A program made the translations under genes and the position numbers. Positions 15,806 to 28,854 of a stretch of DNA of 64,000 nucleotides are shown in pieces. Location of the stretch: assembly GCF_009914755.1 (NCBI RefSeq), contig NC_060942.1. One strand, written 5' to 3'. Origin of the DNA: the human T2T-CHM13v2.0 reference genome, Homo sapiens. A model generated the notes under the pieces. The model was not told the DNA's origin, ran no database searches, and saw only the letters and a program-made list of their open reading frames with translations. How positions within the stretch are numbered: the first letter of the stretch is position 1; every line of letters starts with the position of its first letter.

Positions 15806-16107
15806 GGTCAGGCACGGTGGCTCACATTGGTAATCCCAACACTTTGGGAGGCCAAGGCAGGAGGATGACTTGAGGCCGGGAGTTCAGGACCAGCCTGGGC
15901 AACACAGTAAGACCCCTTCTCTATAAAAAAAAATTTAAAAGCCAGGTGTGGTGGCACACACCTGTAGACCTAGCTTCCGGGGAGGCTGAAGCACGTGGAT
16001 CGCTTGAGCCCAGGAGTTTGAGGCTGTAGTGAGCTGTGATCACATCACTGCACTCTAGCCTGGATTAGAGAGCAAGACTCTATCTCTAAATAAATAAATA
16101 ATTTAAA
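15806..16107 (+). mobile_element. AluJ
   Basis: Alu dimer; TSD AGAAAGTTATTTCA at 15792-15805 and 16108-16121. Confidence 0.92.
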
Positions 16108-16788
16108 AGAAAGTTATTTCATCAGAGACATGAAAACTATAATAATCAAATAGAAAAGCCAGAAATTAAAAACACAATTAGAGAGATAAACGATGCTTCC
16201 AATAGGCTCATTGGTATACTCTATACAGTGAGTAAAGAACTTGAAGACACATCAGTAGATACCATCCAAACTGAACCGCAACGAAATAAGAGTTTTTAAA
16301 AGCAAACAAACCAGAACAGAGCATCCAAGAGTTTTGGGACACTATCAAATAGTTTAACATGTGTGTAACTGGAATCCTAGAAGAAGGGAAAAAGACAAGG
16401 CAAAAGAAATATTTGAAGAAATAATAGCCAAGAATTTTCCAAAATTCTTGACAGATACCAAACCACAAATCCAAAACCTCAGAGAACATCAAGAATACAT
16501 ACCAGAAAAATAATACCCTGAGTCATATTCAATAATACCCAGTCATATTCAAACTGCTGAAAACAAAAGACGAAGAGAAGATCTTGAAGGCAGTCAAACA
16601 AGAAACATTACATAGAGATGAACAAAGGTAAGAATTATATCAAACTTCTCATCAGAAACCATGGAAGCAAAAAGACAACATTTAACCACTGACATCTTAA
16701 AAGTGATGAAAGAAAAAACTGTCAGCCCAGACTTGAAAATGTCATTCAAAAATACTCATTGAAAATATCATTCAAAAAGGAAGAACAA

Positions 16789-17087
16789 GGCTGGGTGCAG
16801 TGGCTCACGCCTGTAATCCCAGCACTTTGGGAGACCAAGACAGGATGATCACTTGAGCCCAGGAATTTGAGACCAGGCCCGGGCAACAGGGTGAAATCCC
16901 ATCTCTACAAAAAACACAAAAAATTAGCCAGGCATGGTGGCACACACCTGTAGCCCCAGTTACTTGGGAGGCTGAGGTAGATGCATCACCTGAGCCTGGG
17001 AGGTCAAGACGGCTGCAGTGAGCCAAGATGGCATCACTGCACTCCAGCCTGGGCAACAGAGTAAGACCCTGTCTTAAAAAAAAAAAA
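16789..17087 (+). mobile_element. AluJ
   Basis: Full Alu dimer with A tail. Confidence 0.9.
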
Positions 17088-18121
17088 TGAAGAAGAAATA
17101 AAGGCTCTTTGACAAAACAAAAAAAGAAAGGACTTCGTTAGTAGCAAATCTACTTTATAAGAAAAGCACAGTAAATTGTTCCAGTAGAAAGAATATGACA
17201 TCAGATTGCAACTTGGAAATAGACAACAAAATGAAAAAAGGTGGAAACAGAATGAAATGAAGATAAAAGAAAGTTCTTTTTTTTCTTATTTTTATTTCTC
17301 TAAAAGGTAACTGTCTAAAGCACAAATTAACAGCCATACATTTTGTTTGTAGCATATGTAAAAGTAAACTATATGACAACAAAGAATGAGAGAGTGGAAT
17401 TAGAAATTCACTACTAGAAGTCCCTCACATTATGCACAAAGTGGCAAAATATTTGAAAATAGATTCAGGTTATTTAAAATGTATATTGTAAACATGAAAG
17501 TAACCATTCATAATTTGTAAAAGAGGTGTAAATAATAAGGAAACAAACAGAATTTTAAAATGTTCAATTAACCCCAGTTTTATCATGAGAAAACATCAGA
17601 GGAATTCCAGTAGTGGAGGATTCTACTAAATACCTGACTAGTGCTCCTTAAAACTGTTAAGGTCATTAAAAACAAGGACAACCTGAGAAACTGGCAGAGC
17701 CAAGAGGAGTCTAACGAGACAGGATGACTAAATTTGATATAGTTTTAGGTAAAAACTAAGGAAATGTGAATAAATTATAGACTTTAGTTAATAATAATAT
17801 ATAACTATTGGTTCATTAATTGTAACAAATATACCATAGATGTTAATAACAGCAGAAACTGAGTTTGGGTTATATGGGCACTTTCTATACTATTGTCTCC
17901 GTTTTTCATAAATCTAGAACTGTTCTGAAAAATATAGTCTATTAAAAAACGCTCAATAAATCCAGAGAAGGCAGAAAAAGGGAAATAAGCAACACAAATG
18001 GAACAAATAACAACTAGTGAGATGGTAGATTTAAATACAACCATATCAACAATCACTTTAAAGATGAATAGCCTAAGGACAACAGTTCTTAGATTGATAG
18101 ACTGGATAAAAAGCAAGATCC

Positions 18122-18289
18122 ACTGGGTGCAGAGGCTCACGTCTTTAATCCCAGCACTTTGAGAGGCTGATGTTGGGAGATCACTTGAGCCAAGGAGTTC
18201 AAGGCTTCAGTGAGTTATGATCACACCACTCCATTCTAGCCTGGGTAAAAGAGCAAGACTCTACCTCCAAAAGAAAAAGAAAAAGAAAG
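18122..18289 (+). mobile_element. Alu monomer (FRAM/FAM-like or recombined AluJ)
   Basis: Single monomer with a left-arm-like start, right-arm 3' half and A-rich tail. Confidence 0.75.
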
Positions 18290-18332
18290 ACCCAACAACT
18301 CAACAATATGCTTTCAACAAGAATCCACTTTA

Positions 18333-18663
<331 letters not shown>

Positions 18664-18984
18664 TCAAGAAAGATATACCATCCAATATACCATCCACACA
18701 TGAACGAAAGAAAGCTGGGGTAACGATATTAATTTCAGACAAAGTAGACTTCAGAACAATGAATATTATCAGGGACAAACAGGGATATTACATAATAATA
18801 ACAAAGGAGGCAATTCTCCTCCGTACATAATTAATTTGGTCAATTTGTTAGATAAGTTGGAGTCATATTTTCATTAAAATGTAAAGTACTTAAATTATTT
18901 TTCCAAATTTATGAGATGAAAAAGGATTAAGACCCTGACATGCAAGAGCTAATTAAAAGAATCTCTAAGTTCATCCATTTGTTT

Positions 18985-19015
<31 letters not shown>

Positions 19016-19696
19016 ACAAAAAAAGATGAATCTTAGGTTCCACCTTCTGCAAATAAGGAAATGGGGGTGTTCTGAGGTTCCTGAGCTTTAGCAACTTGCC
19101 CACTTCCCACTATTTCAGCTCTGCTGGCAGTTTCTGAATTGTGTTCCCCAGAAGCACTTGAGCAGTCACTGTGGTGGGGAGTGGGGAGGAAGATAGGCGG
19201 CCAGATCCACATGGGACCACAGCAGAAAGGTGGGCTCCAGGCTGTTATATATTGGATTCTGTAAAAGATTTCATTTGGAAAAGGGGTTCTGATGCTTAAA
19301 AATAAGTTTGAATGTCACAACCTTTGCCAAAGCACCTGTTTAGAGAAGTTTAAACATGGTTTTGTAAATACAATCATCATCTAAAATGCAGGTTTTTAAA
19401 ACTTCAGCAGTAAAAAAAGAAATACATAGTTGTTTCTTTCATGTTATCTCATATAGTTAACTAGCAGAGGTAAAGAAGAGAAGCTGGAGTCTCCTGCTTT
19501 CTGGTTCAATCCTCCCTGCAGGCTGCCCCCACAGATGCCTGTTTGCAGCAATGAACACACTGCACAAACCTATCACCTATCACTGTAGACAGGCTCCAGG
19601 CAGGACCAGCCATGATCAATATTCAACACTTGTCTAATTAGACATTACTGTGAAATCTTTTCCATTTAATGTTATAAGAGATATAATCATACTCAC

Positions 19697-19764
19697 AAGC
19701 AGACCTGAAACATCAGAATACTTCTTAGCTGGCTTAAAGGATGGAGGAGCATCAATACTGAAGT
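19697..19764 (-). CDS. INO80C: INO80C coding exon 4
   Basis: T16-cccAG|AC ... CTT|GTGAGT; 68 nt completing YFSIDAPPSFKPAKKYSDVSGLL (start of the YL1_C/Ies6-type domain); phase matches exon 3. Confidence 0.96.
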
Positions 19765-20714
19765 CTGGGAAAAAAAAAAAAAAAAGATAACTAAACTGAA
19801 CTGAAAACATTCAAATCCCTTCTCTTTTTTTTTCTAAAATAGTATTTGATAATATTCCTGAAAATTTCCTTTGTGATTAAGTAGTCACAGAAGTCTCTGG
19901 AGATTAACTAGAGAAGTAGGGGAGGATTCTCAGAAACAAGACAGTATGTCACAGGCCAAGTGCAGGCTCCAGATCTAGCCCTGCCCTGTCACCAGGGACC
20001 CTCTATTCCCACAGAACCACCGGAAAGCTCATCTGCCCACCAGCTATTTTCACGATCTCACACTACATGGGCTGATGGTGATGAAATGCCAAATGAGCCA
20101 ATAACTGGATCTGAGCACCCTGACACCCTCATGTCCACACCCAGACGAATGAATGACTAGCTCACTTGTCACCCATGTGAGTCACCCCCATGAAAGAAGT
20201 ACAGTGGAGTAGGAGATGGTGAGAACTTTGAACTTGTACTTTCCAGTGAAGCTGAACAGAACATATAACAGTGTTTTACATAAATCTGGACACACTGCAG
20301 CATGAAGTATTTACTAAACACTGGCTCACAAAGTATAAAAGAGCTGGCCTTTAAGCTGGTTGTCAGGAACCCTCCTAAATCTGGTATTATACTTGGGCTA
20401 CCTTGTTTTTGGAAACACATTTTAAGAGTAGACTTTTGAATAAGAAGTTTGTCTAGTAGAAACACCAATATTATCATATTGGGACCTATGACCCTAAAAA
20501 CCACACATCCATGACAACACAAACAAATAGGCTCAATACAGATACAGTTATGAGAAAATACACACATAATCTGCCCAGACTGATGCCACTATAAAATTCT
20601 CAAGCTAAAAATTATTTCCTACAATGATGCAAACACAATACAATAATGTAGGTTGTTATAAGACAGTTCCTACTCTGAACATTACAAACACATGGAAGGC
20701 TCTAGACAGCTCAC

Positions 20715-20826
20715 AGTTAGGATCGTTCAGTTGCCACGGCAATGCCCTTTCAGAAGCGAGGATTTGTTTCAGGTTCTTCCAGGTTCTGTTCTTCTTGCCA
20801 GCTACTGCGCCACCGTGGCCAGAGTG
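20715..20826 (-). CDS. INO80C: INO80C coding exon 3
   Basis: ttcaAG|CAC ... AAC T|GTGAGC; translates HSGHGGAVAGKKNRTWKNLKQILASERALPWQLNDPN plus 1 nt; 112 nt. Confidence 0.96.
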
Positions 20827-21867
20827 CTTGAATTGAAGGCATGGATTAGAAGAAACAAAAACCAATGGAGACTACCATTTCGACATCTGACATTTATGCC
20901 TAATCATAACTGTAATATACCTCTCATCTGTCAACAATCATTAAGACCCCTGAGACTTTTTTTAAAAGGTATTTCACTGTACACATTAACATGTTAATCT
21001 TAGTTTAAAAAAGAAGTTTTCAGATTGTCAAAACCCTTGAGTTAGTTTGTGCTGGAGTAGAAATAAAAGGCTACTTCTTTATATGCACGTAAAAAAAAAA
21101 GCCTTTATTGGGTCTAACTTTGTAGAATTCATTCATGAATTTCTTCATACTTTAAGATAAATTTACTACAAAGTCAGATTTAAATCCAGGACTGCATCTC
21201 TCAACTCCCTTCTCGGGGCAAGTCTCTGCCATGTAAACTGGGGATCCTGGAAAAGTTGAGAAAGCCCCAGTTGCAGTATGGGTACTCTTCTAGGTACCTC
21301 TTTTTTTTTTTTTTTATCCTACAAAGATGACACAATAAAATGGAAAAGAATACCAAAATCTGTTGCAAACACTGGTAATATTGTATTTCCAAAACTAATT
21401 CATTAAAAAAAAATTTAACAGTATAATCTGAACTGCTGCAGTTTATTACCAGTCTCAAGAATGAAAGGAAGAATACCCTGTGTTCTACTCCACAGCACAA
21501 CAGCTTGGATTTACCTTATGAAACTAATGAGGAAGTACTTCTCATTTAGCTAAATATTTCAAGCTTTGTCTAAGATTGTAAGACCAATGAAAAGGTTAGG
21601 GGAACAATCATCATGGAAATGTCCCACCCTCCAAACAGTATCCTTTAATGAATCCACAAAGGACACCCAAATCCTTGGGATATGGCACATTAAGAGATCA
21701 ACAGAAAGAACCCTTCTCTTGTCCCCATCTTGCCCACAGGGGAGAAGGAGGTAACTGAGACTGAGGGAGGAGAGAATGCCAGTGCCACCCTGGCTACAGG
21801 CCCAGCAAGATCAGAGGCTGAGGTGTGGCATTTGGATGTTTATTCAGCTAATACCTTCGATGCTTAC

Positions 21868-21978
21868 CACAAAGTTGGGATCCTTAAATGGCAAAGGTTT
21901 GGCAGCTTTTTCCACAGGTCCTGTGCTAAACTCAGAGGGCACCATTTTATTCTCACTCATGGCTTCCATGCTGATACC
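21868..21978 (-). CDS. INO80C: INO80C coding exon 2 (37 codons)
   Basis: ttttaAG|GGT ... GTG|GTAAGC; translates GISMEAMSENKMVPSEFSTGPVEKAAKPLPFKDPNFV; 111 nt, phase 0-0. Confidence 0.96.
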
Positions 21979-22204
21979 CTTAAAACATAATAAAAATAGT
22001 TTGAAGAAGTCAGTTTCTTTCAGCTGAGTTCCCCACCTCTGCTCTCAACAGGGCATACGATGATGCCACAGGGCATGCAAGGGAAGACAGTATGCCCAGA
22101 GCTCCAGCAGGCAGCCTGCCCTAGGGGAGGGCACACCACACGGGGAGTAGCACCTGCTGTGCAGAAGCCACAGGAGAAACAGGCCAGGACCTCCAACTGC
22201 TATG

Positions 22205-22420
22205 TTTCCCGGGTACCCTAAGTGCCAAGCACAGGGATGGCTGTCCTACGCAAGTTAGCTCATTTAATTCTGACAACCACTCCACAGTAGGTGCTATTAT
22301 CCCCAGCATACAGAAAAGAAAACTGAGGCCCAGGGGAACAGGTTCAAGGTCACATAGTGATTGAGTTTTGGATTCAAACCTAGGTTGGGCCAGTTCTAAA
22401 GCCCTCATAATCTCCATGAC
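22205..22420. mobile_element. MIR
   Basis: CATTTAATTC...GAAACTGAGGCCCAG...AAGGTCACA...GGATTCAAACC core. Confidence 0.7.
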
Positions 22421-22922
22421 ACCACACAGTTCTGACTTCCACTGATCTTATGAACTCTGTCTTAAAATATTAAGACAACAAAGGTCCAGCCCCTTTAAGG
22501 GTCTAGTTGGCCAGAGAACCCAGACTGGAGCTGGTATGCTTAAGTGGCACAACAGGACATGGGCATTCCAAGGAAGGAAAACGGAAAAAAAGCTGGAGGG
22601 CCACAGGTCAGCTGGCAGCAGCCAGAGAGTGCCCTGACAAGAACGCTAATATGGTTTAAAGCAAAAAACCTTTAAGCTAACAATCACAAAGAAAAAACAA
22701 GCCAAAGTAAGAAACCACTTCTGATCTGTAATACAATTTCCCATCTTGCCAGGCTTCAATTAACTTTTAAAAAATTGAGATGTGATTTACATACAGTGAA
22801 ATACACAGATCTTAAATGTAGTTGTCATGAGTTTTGCCAAAAGTTTACACTAGTACAATTCCTATCCTTGTCAATACCTTCCAGTCCCAACGGCAACCGC
22901 TGTTCTAATTTCTACCACATTA

Positions 22923-23357
<435 letters not shown>

Positions 23358-25861
23358 TCAGTGTATTTGCACACTACTCAACACAATAGTATTCCACGGT
23401 AAGGAGGCACCCCAATTTGTTTATTCATTTTCGTGTTCGTGGACGTTCGGTTCATTATCAGTCTTCAGCTATTACAAATAAAGCCTCTGTGATGTTTTCA
23501 TTTCTCTTGGGCAAATACCTAGGAGTGGAATGGTTGGGTTATAGGGTAAGTGTATGTTTAACTTTACAAGTCACTGCCAAATCATGTTCCAAAGGTTGCA
23601 TGCACCCTTCAAAAAAAGAGTTAAGGCTAAAAGTCATCATGTTGTCATGTGGAATGTGGAAGACACTACATGATTAACTAAATCACAGCTTATCTACTCT
23701 CAGCTGGAATTTTAGCAACTTATTCTGGTTCCCTCATGCTGATAAGGAGCTCAACTTACTTAGTAAGTGAAAATCTTACTTATCTTAGTAAGAGAGTATG
23801 GTGGAATATGAATATATCTACATTCATTCATGTTGGGGGAAGAGGAGTGGAGAAGACAAGAACCACTCACATTGCTGCAATAGTTCTTTGGGTGCTCTCT
23901 CCTCAAACACCTTCTCTGACCCCTCTCCAGGTCTCTCCACCTGAGCCGGGGTTCCAGCCAAGGCCCTGTGCTCCCTCTCCTCTGTGGCCGCCACCTTCTG
24001 TCTGGATTCCCCTTCACCTCATCCTCTCCACTTCTAAGGTCTTTCTTAGCTTTTCTTCCCTCCAAGCTCAGTGCAAATGTCAACTTTAAGAACTGAGAGG
24101 CTGCCCATTCCTCATCCTTTTCCTACCATCTGTACCCACAGTGATCTATCTCTTCCTTCCTCCCACCCTCCCTTCCGCACCCCACTCTCCCTTCCTCCCA
24201 CAGTCCTTAGCGTTTATCTGGTAACTTCCTGAGCTATATAATTCAGAGGTGGGACTGTGCAGTACACATCTTGCCTACTCCAGCCGATTCTCTACAGCTC
24301 AGCCAGTGACATACTTTTCAATGCAAGCATGATGATGCTCCGCTACTTAAATCTGGCCAGTGGTTTCTACTTCCCTTGGGATTAGGAACAAATTCAGGCC
24401 TCCTCTCCAGCCTCGCCTCTTGCTCCCCATCCTTCCTACATTTTGTCTTTTCTGGTGCGATATCCATTTAGCCATTTTCTATACAGCAAAAAGAGTCTCC
24501 AATTTTTCCATTTTCATTTATGCTGTACTAAGATTATTTTCATTGGGATTCGTCCATGTCAGTTTTAATTTTACAACAAAGGTTAGATTTAGTTTTTTTT
24601 TACATAACTTTTATTGCTTGTATGATTTTTTTTCCTTTATAGTAATCATATTTCTACCAGGTACCTGTACTCTGGGAGACCCAGTCTGATAAGGAAGATT
24701 TGATTCTCCCATCACATTTCATCAGTAACGAACATTACCTTGTGCAGTTTTAGCCAGCTGTCAATGTTATTTTGCACTGACTATTTGTAAGAGTAACATC
24801 TAGTATATATTGTATATACGATTGATAGTTTAGACAACACAACAGCAGCTTTATGATACACGCAGGGAACAACAGATCAGAAGAAAGGGGGACAAGGAGA
24901 GAGGGGTAGATTCAGAGAGTGAGGATACACAGAGGGCTCAAAACATGCTGCTTTACTTCATAGTTCAGCCTCTGTCCCTGCTTCTAACCCAGTGCCTAGC
25001 ACAGAGTAGGTACCAAATAATGAGTGATTCATTGATTAACTGATCAATGTTAAGGAACAAGACAGGGTGGTATGACTGAATGCCAGCATCAGCACTGGAG
25101 ATGTATATGCTCAGAAGCTCCTTACAAGGAAGCATCTCTGGCTGGGATGCAGTGGCCAAACACACAGGAAGGATAACTTGGAAAGAAACAACTGAGTGTG
25201 GTTACCTGCAGGGGCAGAGGGGAACATAGTGGAATGGAGAGGGAGATGGGAAGGAAATAGAAGAGAGTAAATCTTCTCTGAGTATAGCTTTTTGTAGAGT
25301 TTTGACTTTTTGAACCATGTTAAGGTTTCATATACTTGAAAAAATAAATAATAAAATCAACAAGGATGCGGCAGGGGATAAAAAATAGAATTTTAAAAAC
25401 CCTGTAAACACAAATTCACTTGTGTTTCAAATAACATAACCACACTGAAGTGGAGGCAAGGGAGAAATAACCTGAGTAACTATGAATATGGTATTTTGAC
25501 TATGTAATCCAAGGTTAAAGGCCAAAAAGAACCATACATAGTTGGTAAGTTTGTTTCTCACAGGGGCACATGTTAATAATTCTGAAACTACTTTATGTGT
25601 ATTCTAAGATACATAGCAAATGTAGAAAAGCAAATAAGAAAAGGGGGAAGGCCAGAATGAGTGCTGTGGAATTGGATTGAAACTAGAGGTTATCAATATG
25701 AGCTCACAGTTTTCAGTATACAGGCAGATAATTACAGAAATACATAGAGAGGTGTGGGTAGTGCAGGTATACACACACATATATTTCCTAGCTCTGTGCA
25801 CTGAGAAGACTGGAAACAATGAACAATAGGCAAAGCAACATTCAGATCATCCTTTCTAAAT

Positions 25862-26205
25862 ACAATCAGCCCTCCATATAGAGGAGTTCTGCATCCATGG
25901 ATTCAAGCAACCACAGACAGAAGACATCTGGTGGGGGAAAAATGCATCTTGACTAAACATGTACAAACTTTTTTCCTTGTCATTATTCCCTAAACTGTAC
26001 AATATAACAACTATTTACATGGCATTTACATTGCATTACCTATTATAAGTAATCTAGACGTGGTTGAAGTATACAGGAGGATGTGCACAAATTATATGCA
26101 ACACTATGCTACTTTATTTATATCAGGGACTTGAGGTTCCATGGATTTTGGTACCCATAGGAGGTCCTGGAACCAATCCAGCACATATACTGAGAGACAA
26201 GTGTA
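25862..26205. mobile_element. Tigger3-like (TcMar) DNA transposon remnant
   Basis: CAGCCCTCCATAT...TCTGCATCCATGGATTCAA ... GGATTTTGGTA...GGAGGTCCTGGAACCAATCC termini typical of the Tigger3/MER2 group. Confidence 0.65.
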
Positions 26206-26308
26206 TTATTCTCTAAGAACCAGTGATCCATGAAGAAATGGCTGACTCTAGGGCTGGAGCAGGAAAGTATAAGACTAGAACATCTTGTGGTGTCAGAAAG
26301 AAAGCACT

Positions 26309-26642
26309 TGTGTCAGTTTATTCAGAGTGCTGTAACAGAATACCATAGATTGGGTGGCTTATATGATAGAAATTTATTTTCTCCAGTTCTGGAGGCTAGA
26401 AGTCCAAGAACAACGTGTTGACAAGTTTGGTTTCTCCTGAGGCTGTGTGCACCCCTGGAGTCTCTCCCTCTTCTTATAACGGCACCAGTCATCCGGGATT
26501 AGGGCCCACCCAGACGACCTCATTTAATCTTAATTACCTCCCTGAAGTCCCTATCTCCAGAATGTAACTGAGGTATACTAGGGGTCAGGACAAAATAATA
26601 AATACTGGGGGCATGGGGGTACCAAAACTTAGTCCATAACAG
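26309..26642 (-). mobile_element. MLT1-type MaLR solo LTR
   Basis: GCTGTAACAGAATACCATAGATTGGGTGGCTTA...CAGTTCTGGAGGCTAGAAGTCCAAGA...AGTCCATAACA. Confidence 0.7.
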
Positions 26643-26739
26643 CACCCAAAAAATGATAGGGGCAAACTAAAGGACACGGGAGCCAGTTTGAAGAGGCTCC
26701 TACTGGACCAATTTCAAAAACTTAAGCAACAAACCAGTA

Positions 26740-27955
26740 CATACATAAATCCAGAATATATGAAGAACTCTACAACTCAACAACAAAAAGACAATTCAAT
26801 TTTTAAAAGGGCAAAGAATTTCTTCAAAGAAGATATACAAACAGCCAGTAAGCACGTGAAAAGATGCTCAACATCACTAGTCATTAGGGAAATGCAAATC
26901 AAAATCACAATGAAATTCCAGTGCACACTCACTAGGATGGTTACAATCAAAGACAATAACACATATTGGCAAAGATGTGAAGAAACTGGAACCCTCATAC
27001 ATTGCTGGTAAGAACGTAAAATGGTGCAAAAACACCATTAAAAAAAAAACACAATTGGGAAGTTTCTCAAAATGTTAACCACAGAATTATCATATGACCC
27101 AATAATTTAACTTCTAGGTATACACTCAAAGAGAATGAAAAACATATGTCCATGCAAAAACTTGTACACAAATATTCATAGCAGCATTATTCATAATTGC
27201 CAAAAGGCATAAACAACCTAAATGTCCATCAGCTGATGAAGAGATAAAATGTGGCAGGGCCAAGCACAGGAACTCATGCCTGTAATCCCAACACTTTGGG
27301 AGGCTGAGGCAGGAGGACTGCTTGAGGCCAAGAGTTCAAAAGTGGCCTAGGCAACATGGCAAGACCCTTTCTCTACAAAAAATAAAATAAAAAAGTAACC
27401 AGTTGTGGTGGCACTTGCCTGTAGTCCCAGCTACTCCAGAGGCTGAGGCAAGTTCAGGAGTTCAAGGTTACAGTATGCTATGATTGTGCCACTGCCTTCC
27501 AGCATGGGCAGCAGAGTGAGCCCCTGTCTCTAAAAGAAATAAAAAATAAAACACAAAATGTAGTATGTCCATAAAATGTAATATTATTCAATCACAAAAA
27601 GAAATGGCATTCTGATTCATGCTCTGTCACGGATAAATCTTGAAAAAAATTACACTAACAAAAAGAAGCCAGACACAAAAGGCCACATATTGTATAATTC
27701 CATTTATATGAGATACGTAGTCACATTCAGAGACAGAAAGTAGATCAGTGGTTGCCAGGGGCTGGCAGAACAGGGGAATGGAAAGTGACTGCTTATGGGT
27801 AATGAGTTTCTCTTTGGGGTAACAGGAATATCCTAAAATTAGATAGGATATTGTGAGGGTTGCACAACTCAGTGAATATACTATAAACCACTAAATTATA
27901 CACTTTAAAAGGGTGAATTTTATAGTATGTGAATTATATCTCAGTAAAGCTACTA
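26740..27955 (+). mobile_element. L1MB/MA-like ORF2 end and 3' UTR with nested AluJ (27258-27552)
   Basis: ORF 26688-27011 resembles L1 ORF2 (KRCSTSLVIREMQIK...TLIHCW). Confidence 0.8.
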
Positions 27956-28063
27956 CAGATAAACTTATAAAAGAAGGAATGAATAAAGCTAGTAGTGGAT
28001 TATAACCCATATAATAAAATAAAAATCCATGACATAAATACTGATTTTAAAAAATGAATAAAT

Positions 28064-28201
28064 GGCCTGTTGTAGTTCTGGTTACTCGGGAGACTGAGAA
28101 GGGAGGATCACTTGAACCCAGGAGGCTGCACTGCGCTATGATTGTGTCTGGCAATAGCCACTGCATTCCAGCCCAGGCAACATAGCAATACCCAATTTCT
28201 T

Positions 28202-28226
<25 letters not shown>
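28064..28226 (+). mobile_element. Alu monomer (FAM/FRAM-like)
   Basis: TACTCGGGAGACTGAG...CACTGCATTCCAGCCCAGGCAAC plus a ~25-nt A tail. Confidence 0.75.
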
Positions 28227-28232
<6 letters not shown>

Positions 28233-28800
28233 TAGGAAAAAAAGAATGAATGGAAGAGAAGAGAAAGCTGTTGCTCACAATAGGATTCTAATTAATAAAT
28301 CTAAAAGGAATGAAGATTCAAATTAGGAAATCACTACTTGTCAACCACCACAATAATAACTATTTCCAGCAAAAGCTATCAATGGATATTAAAAGTCACT
28401 GGCAAAGTATGAAATAAAATAGGCTATTTATAGTCTCAAAGTATCTTCCCACAAGATACTTCAATACAAACATGAAAAGAATAACTTTACATTGGAGAAA
28501 CCTGGCAGATACCACCTTACTAAGTGCTCAAATCTAACATCATTAGTAATTTGACATCAAGTGCCACAACAGGATGCACTGAGAAGATAGCATTACTTCT
28601 CTATTTTTGCCAAAAATATATAACTCAAATCTAACCATGAGGAAATATCAGACAGGCCCAAATTGAGGAATATTCTAGAAAATAAGTGGCCAGTACTCTT
28701 CAAGTGTCAAGGTCATTGTGTTAGTCCATTTTCATGCTGCTGATACAGACATACCTAAGACTGGGTAAATTATAAAGAAAAAGAGGTTTAATGGACTCAC

Positions 28801-28854
28801 ATTTCCACGCGGCTGGGGAGGCCTCACAATCATGGCGGAAGGCAAGAGGCACGT
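28801..28854 (-). CDS. INO80C: INO80C alternative cassette exon B, derived from the THE1 3' LTR (TCLLPSAMIVRPPQPRGN)
   Basis: Acceptor ...ccacgtaAG|ACG and donor AAT|GTGAGT; 54 nt, phase 0-0, no stop. Paralogous to cassette A. Confidence 0.75.
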
